From: Batkoa obscura
Lineage: Eukaryota
DNA length: 64,000 nt
Direction of reading: 5' to 3'
Assembly: GCA_030770535.1 (NCBI GenBank)
Contig: JASVEC010000023.1
Coordinates: forward strand, 1-64,000
The translations under genes were made by a program, and so were the position numbers. Positions within the stretch are counted from its first letter, which is position 1. The number at the start of each line of letters is the position of its first letter. The notes below the pieces were generated by a model. The model had not been told where the DNA came from, made no database searches, and saw only the letters and a list, made by a program, of their open reading frames with translations. Positions 1 through 11,057 of this stretch are shown one piece after another.

Positions 1-2318
1 AAGTAAAGATGTTCATATTATCTAGACCTGAGGTTAAGAAATGAAATAGAATAACATATATAGTTTTGTTGTTTTATATATAGATAATGATATTAAAATA
101 ATTCCTTTAGAGATATTTAGAAACTTTAAAAGCATGTAAAAGATTAGTGGAATTAAAATATGAAAATAATCTAAATGTTCAACAATTTGTTAAATTAATC
201 AATTATTCCGATCTCATTAATCCAGTAAGTTTAACATTTATCTTAACTAACAATTAGCACTTAATTATTAACTAATATAAAGTTCCATTTTTTTAATATT
301 TATTTTTTTATCTTAGCTTATGCTTGATTTTGGTATGTTTGAAACAGCTATTCGTACCCAGACTTCAAGTGAACAATATGATAAATGGTATAAAGACGTA
401 TTAGATTTTAAAATGTTAGGATGGTAAATACAATTAAATGTTAATTTATAAAAAATGGAATATTAAAAATCAAATTATATTTTACTATATAGCTATGCTC
501 AAACTGAATTAGGTCATGGTAGTTCCTTATCAAATTTAGAAACCACAGCAACATTAGATAAATCCACTGATGAATGGGTGATCAATTCACCTACATTAAG
601 TGTAAGTTATTATATTATTATATTATATTATTAACTTAATTTAATCCCTTCTTTTTTTATTTTATAGTCAGCTAAATTTTGGCCTGGTGCTTTGGGCAAA
701 TTTTCCAATCATGCTATTGTTTATGCCCAGCTTATTATTGATAACAAGAGTTATGGACCACACGGCTTTTTAACTCCAATTCGATCTTATGAAGATCATA
801 AGCCATTGAAGGGGATTATACTAAAAGACATTGGACCAAAATTAGGTTATGAGGGTATGGATAATGGTAAGTTAAGTTGATTTTATCATTTCAATTAAAG
901 TTGGAAGTAAAATAACTGATACATTATGATTAGGTTATGCTACTTTTAATCAAGTACGTATTCCAAGAGAAAATATGTTAATGGGGTTTTCTACTGTAAG
1001 TAAAGAAGGTGTTTATAAAAAACCCCCTCATTCAAAGATCGGCTATGCTGTTATGGTAATTACCTATTTTAAATCATTTTTTTGTTTGATATAAATATTT
1101 AATCTCTCAAAATAGACTCAAACAAGAGTAGGCATCACTCAGTACAGTGCAATTTCTTTAGCAAGAGCTATTACTATTGCCATTCGTTATTGTTTAGTAC
1201 GTCGCCAAGGAGTTGATAACAACAAATTGGAGCCTCAAGTAATTGATTATCCCCTCGTACAATATCGCTTATTCCCTATACTTGCTAGTACTTTCTCATT
1301 AATGTTCGTATCTCGATGGATGTTAACTACATATCAAACAATGATGTCTAATATAGCTGAAAAAAATGATTTTTCATTATTACCTGAAGTGCATGCCATT
1401 AGTTCTGCCTTAAAAGGATATTGTTCTGAAATGGCATCCAACATGATTGAAGAAGCAAGAAGAGCCTTAGGTGGTCAAGGATATTTAAAAGCATCTGGTT
1501 TATCGGAATATTATAATAGTTTTATACCTAGTATGACATATGAAGGAGAGAATGGATTATTAACACAGCAAACAGCTAGGTTTTTATTGAAGCAATACAA
1601 AATGGCTAAAAATGGTCAATTAGTAGATATTACTAAAACTTCAAGTTATATATTGAAGTTTATAGATAATGGAAAACCAGAACTAAAACAGAATGTTTTA
1701 GAATTAAACGAGAATGGTTTATTAATTGAATTAATTGATCTATTTTCTTATAGAGCTTACTTTTTGTTAAAGAAATTAAATTTAGCTAATCAAAATTTAC
1801 CTTGGGATGCATTGTCTCTTGATTGTTATAAATTAACTAAAGCTCAATCCCAATATTTAGTTATCTTACAAACTTATAATGGAATTCAAAATCTTCCTTC
1901 AACTGTGAGCCAATGTAATATTAATATATTAAAAGTATTATTAATAGTTCATATTATTACCATTCTTGATCAAAATATTGGTGATTTTTTTGAAGCTGAA
2001 CTTATTACATCTAATCAATTAACTGGACTTCGAGTGCATATGACTGAATTATTTAAAACGATTCGACCTGAAGTTGCTAGACTAACCGATGCTTTTAAAT
2101 TTACGGATCGTTACTTGAAATCGGATTTAGGCCCCTTTGAGGGTAATGTATATGAAAAGATTGTTGATTCATTAGATAAAAATCCATTAAATACAATTTA
2201 TTCCGAAAATGAAGTTATTAAAGGATATAAAGAATATATTCAACCGTTAGTACATGGGGAAATTAAAATGAAATATGAAAGGGAAGCACCAGTTAAGAAG
2301 GTAGTGTCAAAACTTTAA
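1..2318 (+). CDS. POX1: Peroxisomal acyl-CoA oxidase, multi-exon, 5' end outside window
   Basis: Spliced exons give [55 protein letters not shown] and TYEGEN motifs; GT-AG introns between them; last exon ends at stop 2318 with PTS1 -SKL. Confidence 0.95.
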
Positions 2319-3854
2319 AGGGAGAATGATTTAATAAAATATTAGTAATGGTTATGATTGGCTTATTTTTGTATTTTTAGTTTGAAATTAATAATAGTAT
2401 TAATTGTGATAATTAAAATCGACTTTTTGCTATTATTGCCATTAATCTAATAGTTTCAAAATTAGTCGATTGTGATAAATATAAGATTAACAGAATTTAT
2501 TTAGAATTATTCTAAAATGAAATTAATAAACTTAATATTATTATTTCGTTTCAATTTTATAATTTTTTAAATTTCTATATATTTTTTCACTTCACAAGAA
2601 ACTTTAGTTGCTTTTGAAATAATTTGAATCTTTGTTTATTTAGTGAGTTAACAATTGAAATTTCAATCAAATAAAAAGCAAACGATATAAAGTTTAATAC
2701 GATAATTGGAAGAGTAGAATGAATTTAAGTAAGTTTAATGTAATAGTTTTATTAATTTGTTGATTAGATAGAATGAATTCGATTCATTAAAACAATAATA
2801 ATTCAAGCCTTAGTCAGATAATTAACATTAAAAATAAAACTCATACCAAAGATAGAATTCATTTATAAATATAACATTCACTTTTGTAATTCAGTAAATC
2901 GTATCTAATATTTTTAACAGACTCAAAGATTATACTATGATAATCATGAAATAGTAATGTGACCAATATAAGCAAAAGCAGCTGTCAATAGACATAGCTT
3001 ATGATTTAAGTCTCACATTATTATCGTTGGTAAGCAACTCTTAGATAAATGCTCTTTCTTTTCTAATTACAGATTCTCTAGAATCGAAATTGAGGATTAA
3101 AATAACATTAACGAGTTATAAATCAATCAATCAACTTTAAAGGGTGAAACTACCAAAGGTTAATTAACACTAAATCTAAAAGGAACATCATAGCAATATT
3201 ATAGTTGTTATAGATACTTATAATTTTAATCTTTATAATAATGAAAATGGATTGATATTTAGGTAAGGAATTTTATTTTTAGATTTTTAAATTCAAGATT
3301 CAAAATTATTATGTTTATTAAGTTGAAGTAAAATAATAGGGAATATGTTATCAATAGTAATAATGAAAGTAATTCAAAAAACAATTTATTGAATTTGAAT
3401 CAATGAATCATTGAGAATAATAAATTGTACACGTTTATGAGAATTATATCAGCAAGTAATACACTTCAATCTTAAATTAAAAACTAACTCATCAATTATG
3501 TCTTTGATTGTAGAAGTAAGTGATATGGTTTTAGTAAGTTCGACGCTTTAAAAAATATTGATAGACAATTGACAGAAAAAAACTAGAATGTCGATTTTTA
3601 ATAACGTATTTTTATGGTTGTATAGATAATCTAAAACGACTGATACTTAGTTATTAAATACTCAGTCCAATCTATATATATTTAAAAGCTTTAGCTCAAG
3701 GAAATTTACCTTAACTAATGATAAGCTCTAAAATTCTTTTGTTTCTGGTTCATAAGGTAATTTATTAACTTAATAAATAACTTAATTTGAGTGATTAGTC
3801 GTAGTCTTATCGGATTTTTATTACTGATTTATTTGAAGATGGAAAGTGAAAACA

Positions 3855-4118
3855 TGGGAATGTTTTTTATTGTCTATTACTCATTTTTACTACTTTAAAA
3901 CTCAACTAATTTACCTATTTAAGTTCGAATGTATGGTAGCAAATGATGAGTTTTGTAACTAGGTATCTGTTCTATCATGCTGTTTGATGCTTGTTGATTT
4001 AGTTTTTATTCTAAAATGAATGATTAACTGCACATATTCAAACTTAAACAGCATATTAACTAATTAAGATTTATTTTAAAAGTAGTAAAAAAGGGCAATA
4101 GAGGAAAAAACATCTTCA
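3855..4118. mobile_element. ~265-bp inverted-repeat element (MITE-like) with ends similar to the 100-bp family
   Basis: Left tgggaatgttttttattgtctattactcatttttactactttaaaa is an imperfect reverse complement of right ttttaaaagtagtaaaaaagggcaatagaggaaaaaacatcttca; TG...CA ends, flanks ca/ta. Confidence 0.6.
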
Positions 4119-4206
4119 TATGGTTTGAATTTCTCAAAGGAAGTGATTTTAAGTAAAATGGTAAATAAGGATTACTTTATTAAGGCTTTTTTTGAGATTT
4201 AGTATA

Positions 4207-4304
4207 TGGGAATGTTTTTTCGGTTTCATTACTCTTTCCATTTTTTAAGCGCTATTTGAGCGGAAAATTTGTTAGTAAAATTCTTAAACAAAAATACAGC
4301 CCCA
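4207..4304 (-). mobile_element. 100-bp MITE family copy
   Basis: TGGG..CCCCA ends, core gcgctatttgag, TSD ta/ta. Confidence 0.9.
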
Positions 4305-4481
4305 TATTATTTGAGTTTTTGTTTAATAGGGAAAGAAAAGTTGGTAGTTTTAAATAGGATTTGTTGCAGATACTGAATAGGCTTTAGAGGGTTAAAAAGG
4401 AATAAAAAATAACTTAATAATTCAGTAGAGACAGCTTTTTTTATTAACTTTTTTTTATAATTATAAAGTTAAATAGTCATA

Positions 4482-4595
4482 TGGGTTATGTGTTTTTATG
4501 TTAAGAGTTTTACTAATAATTTTACTAAAAAATCTTTCTATTTAAATAGCGCTTAAAAAATAGAAAAAGTAATGGAATCAAAAAAAATATCTCCA
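4482..4595 (+). mobile_element. 100-bp MITE family copy (small internal duplication)
   Basis: Core aaatagcgcttaaaa, degenerate TIRs. Confidence 0.85.
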
Positions 4596-4790
4596 TTTCT
4601 TGTTTCTTCCATTAAAGCAGAGCTTAAATTTAACTACACTAAATGTACATTGTAATACGATTCACTTCAGCATTATTTCTTAATTTACGACTGTTGCTCA
4701 ATTAGATCGAACTCAAAAAACCCGTACAAAAATAGCTTCTTGATTTATTAAAAAGCAAACTTTAGAATTTCTATTAATTATTATAATTAA

Positions 4791-4945
4791 AGGGTATCCG
4801 CGCGAACGCGTTTACCCCACCACCAAAAATTGTCCAGTGTTATCAGAGTTAACTGACATGGAAACTCTCAAAGCCGAGGTGCAATGCAAAGATTGTTCCC
4901 AGCCCCTTTGCCTTTATGATCACAAAGAGACCCTGGCAGGTAAGT
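4791..4945 (-). ncRNA. U1: U1 spliceosomal snRNA
   Basis: Minus strand reads ACTTACCTG (5' splice-site pairing), CCAG/CTGG closing helix, SL1 loop GATCATAAAG (U1-70K site), SL2 loop ATTGCAC (U1A site), Sm site AATTTTTGG, terminal hairpin GGGTAAACGCG-TTCG-CGCGGATACCC. Confidence 0.96.
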
Positions 4946-5344
4946 AAAGAATTACTAATATTGATAGCTGAAATTTATAGCCCAGTTTGATACTTTAAAA
5001 ATGCTTAGTTGTGGGATTGTTTCATTTTAGTATGAATTTTAATTGGTTGAAAGTAAAACAAACTTTTTTGGACAAGAATAAATGGGAAATAGAAATTAAA
5101 TTTATATTGAATTTTTGCTAATAGTATCTTGGTTTTTAATTTAACTACTTTTTTAATTGTTTAGATTTAATAGACATTCTTTGCTTATTGCTTCTATTGT
5201 TTTAAATGAGTAATTTATTTTTTTAATTTACATGTGATGTGTGAAATTATTTAAACTTACTTTTTTTACTAGTAAACTTGAGGTCAATTGAGTGAAGAAA
5301 TTCTTTTTGAATAGTTGCTCCTCTTTAAAAATAAAAGGTAACAT

Positions 5345-5439
5345 TGGGGGATGTATTTTTGTATTTAAGAATTTTACTGACAATTTTTCCACATAAATAG
5401 CGCTTAAAAAATGGAAAAATAATGAAACTAACAGCCCCA
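5345..5439 (+). mobile_element. 100-bp MITE family copy
   Basis: tggggg atgtattttt...aaatagcgcttaaaa...cagcccca. Confidence 0.9.
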
Positions 5440-6485
5440 TTGTCTTATTTTAAATCTTTCCAATTTTTCAGTTTTCAAGTTTCAAAGTTTTAAGAATTAA
5501 TAGTTTGTACTTTGAACAATAATAGGGCAAGAAAATATGGTACAATTAATCACAAAAGAGTATAGACTATAATCTCAATAGTGGTTTTTATTTATTTTAA
5601 ATTCTAGTCAAAATCAAGTACATCATTAAATGATATTGGATATTCAAATTACAATAAAAGGTTTTGAATTATACAATAAATAATAAATAGAACACTAAAT
5701 GCTTAAAATATCTTTGTTTTATAATAGTAGATATCAGAATTACTAGTGTTCTTGATTTACATAAAAACATTTTAACAGTTAAAAGTTCTTGTATATGTTA
5801 TAACGTGCACTCTATAGTTAGATGAATGTTTTAAGATAAATAGTAGATGAAGTCGTAAAATTTCAATTTCAACAATGAACATCATTATATTATATAAAGC
5901 GAATTTTAAAATATGAATGAAATTTTACGATAATTGGTGATAGTTTGCTTTTAATGATTTTACTCTAATATATACACGTAAATCAGCTTTTAGGAGTTAA
6001 AGATACCTATACCTTTTATAATTCAGTGAAATGCTATGAAAATTTGAATGATATAATCAATGGTCCATGTAAAACATATTTCTTTAATTAAATTTATGAA
6101 ATGTAGCAATTTCTGTTTAAAAACAATAAAGTATAGTGAATGAGTGGATCTCTCTCATATTCTTAGCTGTATTTTCATAATTTGCCTGATTAAAGCAGTG
6201 ACATATTATACTCAGCTGAAAGTACTACGGCTTTTAATAAGTTATAATTTAAAATAGCCAAACATAAGTCAATTGAATTGAAAGCTATCAAGATTTTTAA
6301 TCAGCTGCTTTGAACTTAAAGTAAAAAATTTAAGGATTTGTATATATAAATAATTAGATTACTTAAAACGGATGTTTATCTTCCATTATATAAGTGAATA
6401 ATATTTACCTCTATCTGACCAAGATGTATCTTTGAATAGTTATTTAAATTAAGAGTTCAGTAGAAGCTGTAGAGCTTGTAATATA

Positions 6486-6585
6486 TGGGGATGTATTTTT
6501 GTGTCTAACAATTTTACTAATAAATTTTCCGCTCAAATAGCACTTAAAAATGGAAAGAGTAATGAAACCAAAAAAAACATTCCCA
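6486..6585 (+). mobile_element. 100-bp MITE family copy
   Basis: tggggatgt...acattccca, TSD ta/ta. Confidence 0.9.
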
Positions 6586-6761
6586 TATTTAATTTGCATT
6601 CACATTAATTTGAACAATTTTAAGTTAGTACTTATAAGAAGATTTTTTGTCCATTAATCGATAGGCTTAAAATTAATTAAAAAAACAAGTTTAAGCATTG
6701 TAAGTGATTCAAAAATTCAAAAAAATTCTCCTTTTTAAACTTCAACTACTTTCTAGCTCCG

Positions 6762-8015
6762 ATGCAACAAACCAAAGAACAGCCATTGTTTCAAAAAGCA
6801 TCAATAAAGAAAACAATTTTTAATTTATTTTTTGTAATTGTATTAATTTATGGATTTATAACCGATGCGATTACTACAATTAAACAAGAAATTAATACGG
6901 CTATCTCTTCAATCAAAACGACATCTCATTATGATCGCATTGTATTTTTGAACTCAACTGTCACTCATTATAATACTGCATTTCATCCTAAAGGGATCCG
7001 TTATAAAGGAGAAATAGTTGTTTTTAAAGATGGCTGGTTTGAAACATGGGAAATACATGAGGGGTTCCTACCAGGGTTTGCGTTTAAAAAGGAAAAGACC
7101 CAAACGATATGGGGTAGCAAAATAAAGAAATTGAAAACCAATTTAAAAGAAGAAGGCTATAGAAAAATAATTATAAAACAGTTACATTTTAAATATGCAA
7201 ATGATCCGTTTTATTTTAATATGAGTAGCAATTCAATTGAGTTAAAACCAATTGTTCAACATGAGCTTTTTGATATCCTTCAGATAGACAGCACACTTTT
7301 AACTAGGTTGGATGAAGTGATTAAAACTATGGCTTATTATTTTAGCGCTAGATCTATTAACGCTTATGGCGAAAGAGCAATGGGTATTCTCTTTGGTAAA
7401 AATTTTCCACTTTATAGTGAAGGTTTAATTTGGGCAGTTAAGCACCGATTTATTAGTCATTTATTTGAAACTATTAGTAGAGATGAAATTATCCCCAGTA
7501 TCACTGATCTACAAGATTGGATGGAATCCTTTTTATTTACAGAATTTTATAAATTTATTTATTGTGAACGAGTGGATGGTTCATGCGATGCTATTAAAAA
7601 TGCGTTTGGTTATGGTTGTTTTTATGATCAAAACTATGATACGAATTTGATCAAAATATCCTTCCCCTTTATACAAAAAAGTTGTGGTGCATTGCGTCAA
7701 ATTATTCACTATGATAACCCATATCTTGCTATTTTTAATGTACAAGATATCCATTCCCCCTATGGTCCTAAGTTTGTTTTTAAAGATATACATCGACTTG
7801 TTCATAATCCTAAATTTAATAAGGATTCATACAAATCTTATGAGAAAGTATATAATGAAGTTGTCAAAAATAAAGCCCTTGCTAAAAAGAAACTTCGGCC
7901 TAAAAGTTATTTCAAGGATTGGCTTAGTTGTAAGAGTAGTTATTCATTTAAAGAGCCTTTTTATATATCTGCTTTTTATTTACATCGAACTGTTCCATTT
8001 GATGATGATTATTAG
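6762..8015 (+). CDS. Intronless 417-aa hypothetical protein with N-terminal hydrophobic anchor
   Basis: Long ORF in AT-rich DNA; hydrophobic segment IFNLFFVIVLIYGFI; no family recognised. Confidence 0.8.
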   Translation: MQQTKEQPLFQKASIKKTIFNLFFVIVLIYGFITDAITTIKQEINTAISSIKTTSHYDRIVFLNSTVTHYNTAFHPKGIRYKGEIVVFKDGWFETWEIHEGFLPGFAFKKEKTQTIWGSKIKKLKTNLKEEGYRKIIIKQLHFKYANDPFYFNMSSNSIELKPIVQHELFDILQIDSTLLTRLDEVIKTMAYYFSARSINAYGERAMGILFGKNFPLYSEGLIWAVKHRFISHLFETISRDEIIPSITDLQDWMESFLFTEFYKFIYCERVDGSCDAIKNAFGYGCFYDQNYDTNLIKISFPFIQKSCGALRQIIHYDNPYLAIFNVQDIHSPYGPKFVFKDIHRLVHNPKFNKDSYKSYEKVYNEVVKNKALAKKKLRPKSYFKDWLSCKSSYSFKEPFYISAFYLHRTVPFDDDY

Positions 8016-8301
8016 TGGGGTGGAAGTTTTAAGTAGATGCGCTTATTTCATAAGTTTGTAACTTTAATTTATTATTAATTTTCTAATTGCTTTATTAAAT
8101 ATTATCCTTTTAATAATATATTTTCGTGTTTTTATTGAGTTATTGCTTTTTGTTGATTTTGCTTTGTGAATATTTTTAAAATTTGCTAAGTCCAAAGGTC
8201 TATTTAATGCTTACATAATAATATGAAAACAAAATAGTTAATTGACTAATATTAAAATTAAATCTTTGGAAAGTTTATTTTATTATCTGACCAAATCAAC
8301 A

Positions 8302-8398
8302 AGGGGGATGTATTTTTTTGTTTAAGGATTTTACTAGCAATTTTTCCACTTAAATAGCGCTTAAAAAAGTAAAAGTAATGAAATCAAAAACATCCCCA
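8302..8398 (+). mobile_element. 100-bp MITE family copy
   Basis: gggggatgt...aaatagcgctt...acatcccca. Confidence 0.9.
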
Positions 8399-8405
8399 AT
8401 TAATC

Positions 8406-8884
8406 ATATTACTATAATTAAAATATTATTTCCTCTCTCAAAAAAAGAAAGCTCAGTTTGATACTGTGAAATGGTACTCATTTGGAGTCAAGAACAGCTA
8501 TTGCTGGGTTGACTACACTATAAGTCGAAAGATCTTAGTTTATTGACTAAGATAGACTTGATTATGAGAAATAGCATTAATAGGTTACAAGCTATATAAG
8601 AAAATAGAATAGAAATACTAATGTAAAATCTATGTAAAATACTATTAAAAAAACTTATGGCTTTATTAAATGTTCGAGATATCAATTAATTTTAAAAAGC
8701 CTAAATTATACTCTGTAAATTTTATTCTGAAAGTATAAGTATCAAAATGAGAAGATAATATTCTTTTTTAACTAGAAATTCTCATAACAAATCAAAGTAA
8801 TTAACCATGATGACAATATTTCACAATATTACTATAATTAAAATATTATTTCCTCTCTCAAAAAAAGAAAGCTCATTTGATACT
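8406..8884. repeat. Direct repeat of ~60 bp (8406-8465 and 8826-8884)
   Basis: atattactataattaaaatattatttcctctctcaaaaaaagaaagctca identical over 50 bp, period 420 bp. Confidence 0.9.
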
Positions 8885-8909
8885 CGTGTAAATGCAAAAT
8901 GGCAACAAA

Positions 8910-9010
8910 TGGGGATATTTTTTTTAGCTTCATTACTTTTTCCATCTTTTAAGTACTATTTGAATAGAAAATTTGTTGGTAAAATTCCTAAACATAAAAA
9001 TACATCATCA
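8910..9010 (-). mobile_element. 100-bp MITE family copy
   Basis: tggggatattt...tacatcatca, TSD aa/aa. Confidence 0.9.
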
Positions 9011-9221
9011 AATGCCAATTTTTCTAAATTTACTGGTAAATTTTGGATATATAAGTTTAAAAGTTTTAATGACATAGCTATTAAATCCCATTTATGAGTA
9101 GTTATTTACATATTCTAAAGATAAAAAACGACAAATAACTTATTAAATCCCTATGTTTAAAAAATTATTACTTAAAAAATTACTCCTAATAGTACATATT
9201 GAACTTTGATAATTTAAAATC

Positions 9222-9291
9222 ATTAACAATCTTTCTACTCAAATAGTGCTTAAAGGATGGAAAAATAATGAAGTCAAAAAAAACATCCCCA
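9222..9291 (+). mobile_element. 5'-truncated MITE copy
   Basis: ctcaaatagtgcttaaaggatggaaaaataatgaagtc...acatcccca. Confidence 0.85.
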
Positions 9292-9652
9292 TATGACTAA
9301 ATTTAATAAATTTTTTGATTTTGAGTTAAGTTTGAAATTATTAAATATAGAAATACATCACCATATAATATACTAATTTAATACAATAGCAGATTTATTT
9401 AATAATTTATTATTTAAGTTATATAAAATACAGAAGTAGAATTTTTAGTTAAAATTAAGTTTGACTGGATTTTTTTGCTATAGTTAGTTAACTTTTTTAA
9501 TAAGCTATTTAAATATATTTGGCTATTTCTTATGAACTTTGATTTTATTTCCAAATCTTATGAATTGTAACAAGACCCAAAAAAACTTATAGCTAAAATC
9601 GTATTAATCTTTTTATATTGTATAAAAAGTTATAGCTAAACTATCTGATATT

Positions 9653-9747
9653 TAAGGATGTATTTTTTAAGAATTTTGCTATCAATTTTTCAGTTCAAAT
9701 AGTGTTTAAAAGATGGAAAAAGTGATGAAGCCAAAAAAACACTCCCA
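9653..9747 (+). mobile_element. 100-bp MITE family copy
   Basis: Family core present, flanks tt/tt. Confidence 0.85.
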
Positions 9748-9975
9748 TTTGACAGATAGCTTTAAAATATTTAAAAAAGGATAAATTTGCTTAAACTTTG
9801 AGCAATTATAACTCTGTTCATATTGATGCTATAAATTCGATACTAGCAGCATCGTTTAATAGCTCTCAACATAAGCTACATTTTAAGAAAAAAGCATCTA
9901 ATTTTATTAGGTTTTAATAAAAACAGGCTATTTTTTCTAAATCGGACTTTTTTCTAAACAAAAAGAGTATAATAA

Positions 9976-10077
9976 TGGGGATGTATTTTTATATTTAAGA
10001 GTTTTACTAACAATTTCCCACTCATATAGCACTTAAAAGATGAAAAAAGTAATGAAGCAAAAAGAAAAACATCACTA
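9976..10077 (+). mobile_element. 100-bp MITE family copy
   Basis: tggggatgt... family core, degenerate right TIR. Confidence 0.88.
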
Positions 10078-10285
10078 TTTATTGATTAACTAAAATCTAA
10101 ATCTTGTATGATAGTGTCAATAACATCAATATAAGCTATTGATCATTTTTAGCTATCTAAACCGATCGATTCAATTATCTACCATCCTTTGCCTATTCTT
10201 ACAATCATTAAAATTGGTCAAAATTTTGCTATAAAAGTAAAAACTATAATAAGTCAGATTGAGAAGATTAGAGTATCAGTAAACG

Positions 10286-10413
10286 GACGCTATTATAAGT
10301 GTCTCATAGTCCATTAGGCGCTTGGGGATAAAATGCGCTTCTTGAATGTGATCCGTGAGCAAGGGCTAGGTGAGACCATATTGTTTGAAAGGGTGATACG
10401 AAAGTATACTTTT
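10286..10413 (+). ncRNA. Candidate structured non-coding RNA, family unassigned
   Basis: GC-rich island with nested stems gtctca/tgagac, tagtcc/gggcta and aggcgc/gcgctt, plus a 3' GAAA-tetraloop hairpin followed by TTTT. Confidence 0.45.
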
Positions 10414-11057
10414 GTAAAAATTCAAAAAGTAGAATCATTTGAGAATTAAATTGTTTGAAAAGTTACTATGCTAAATTAGTTTTTGATTTGTAAAAAAGCT
10501 CACTAATTTTAATCTTTTAGTATTATAGCTAAGTTAAATCGATTTGAACCTATCTTATTTTGTATGTTGATGGTAGCATTATATGTCGCATAGCAATTGC
10601 TAATTAATTTTTAGTTCAAGTGCATCTAAGATATATCAAATAACTGGTTATTTTATCTTTTGAATCTTTTATGTATTAACTCTAGTTCAATAGTATAATG
10701 ATATGCAGCTAGGGCAGTATTTTTCAACTCAATAAAAAGGAGTAACAACATAAAATTGATACTATAAAATGGTATGATAATCCCATTGTTTAAAAAGTCA
10801 CCAAGCATAGGGCTTTTTGATTGAGCTATTACTTTGTAATATTAAATTTAAATAATTTAATAAATGAAAAGAGAATAGTAAGGTAGAATTTAAGAATATG
10901 TTCTATTTAAATAAAAAAATTCACTTATTTAATGATCGAAATCTTTGCTCAAAACCCTTACCCCAAAAATTCAACTCAAGCCAATAGAATATAAGATTCT
11001 AAAAAATAAAAATCAACTTCAATTTTTTCTTTTTTAAAATATATTTTTAAAAATCAA

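Noticed and set aside
2915..3100. Isolated intron-like gtaagc...ctaat..cag with flanking short frames
   Set aside because: Flanking frames contain stops and no recognisable product; at most a gene remnant.
3960..3978. U2 snRNA (gtatctgttct)
   Set aside because: No GTAGTA branch-pairing motif or 5' stem; lies inside an inverted-repeat element.
10205..10272. U6 snRNA (gagaagattag)
   Set aside because: ACAGAGA box and downstream AGC/ISL sequence are absent.
10316..10365. TPP riboswitch (ttgaatgtgatcc resembles UUGAACCUGAUC)
   Set aside because: No CUGAGA motif and no P5 GGnUAAUnCC; no thiamine gene nearby.
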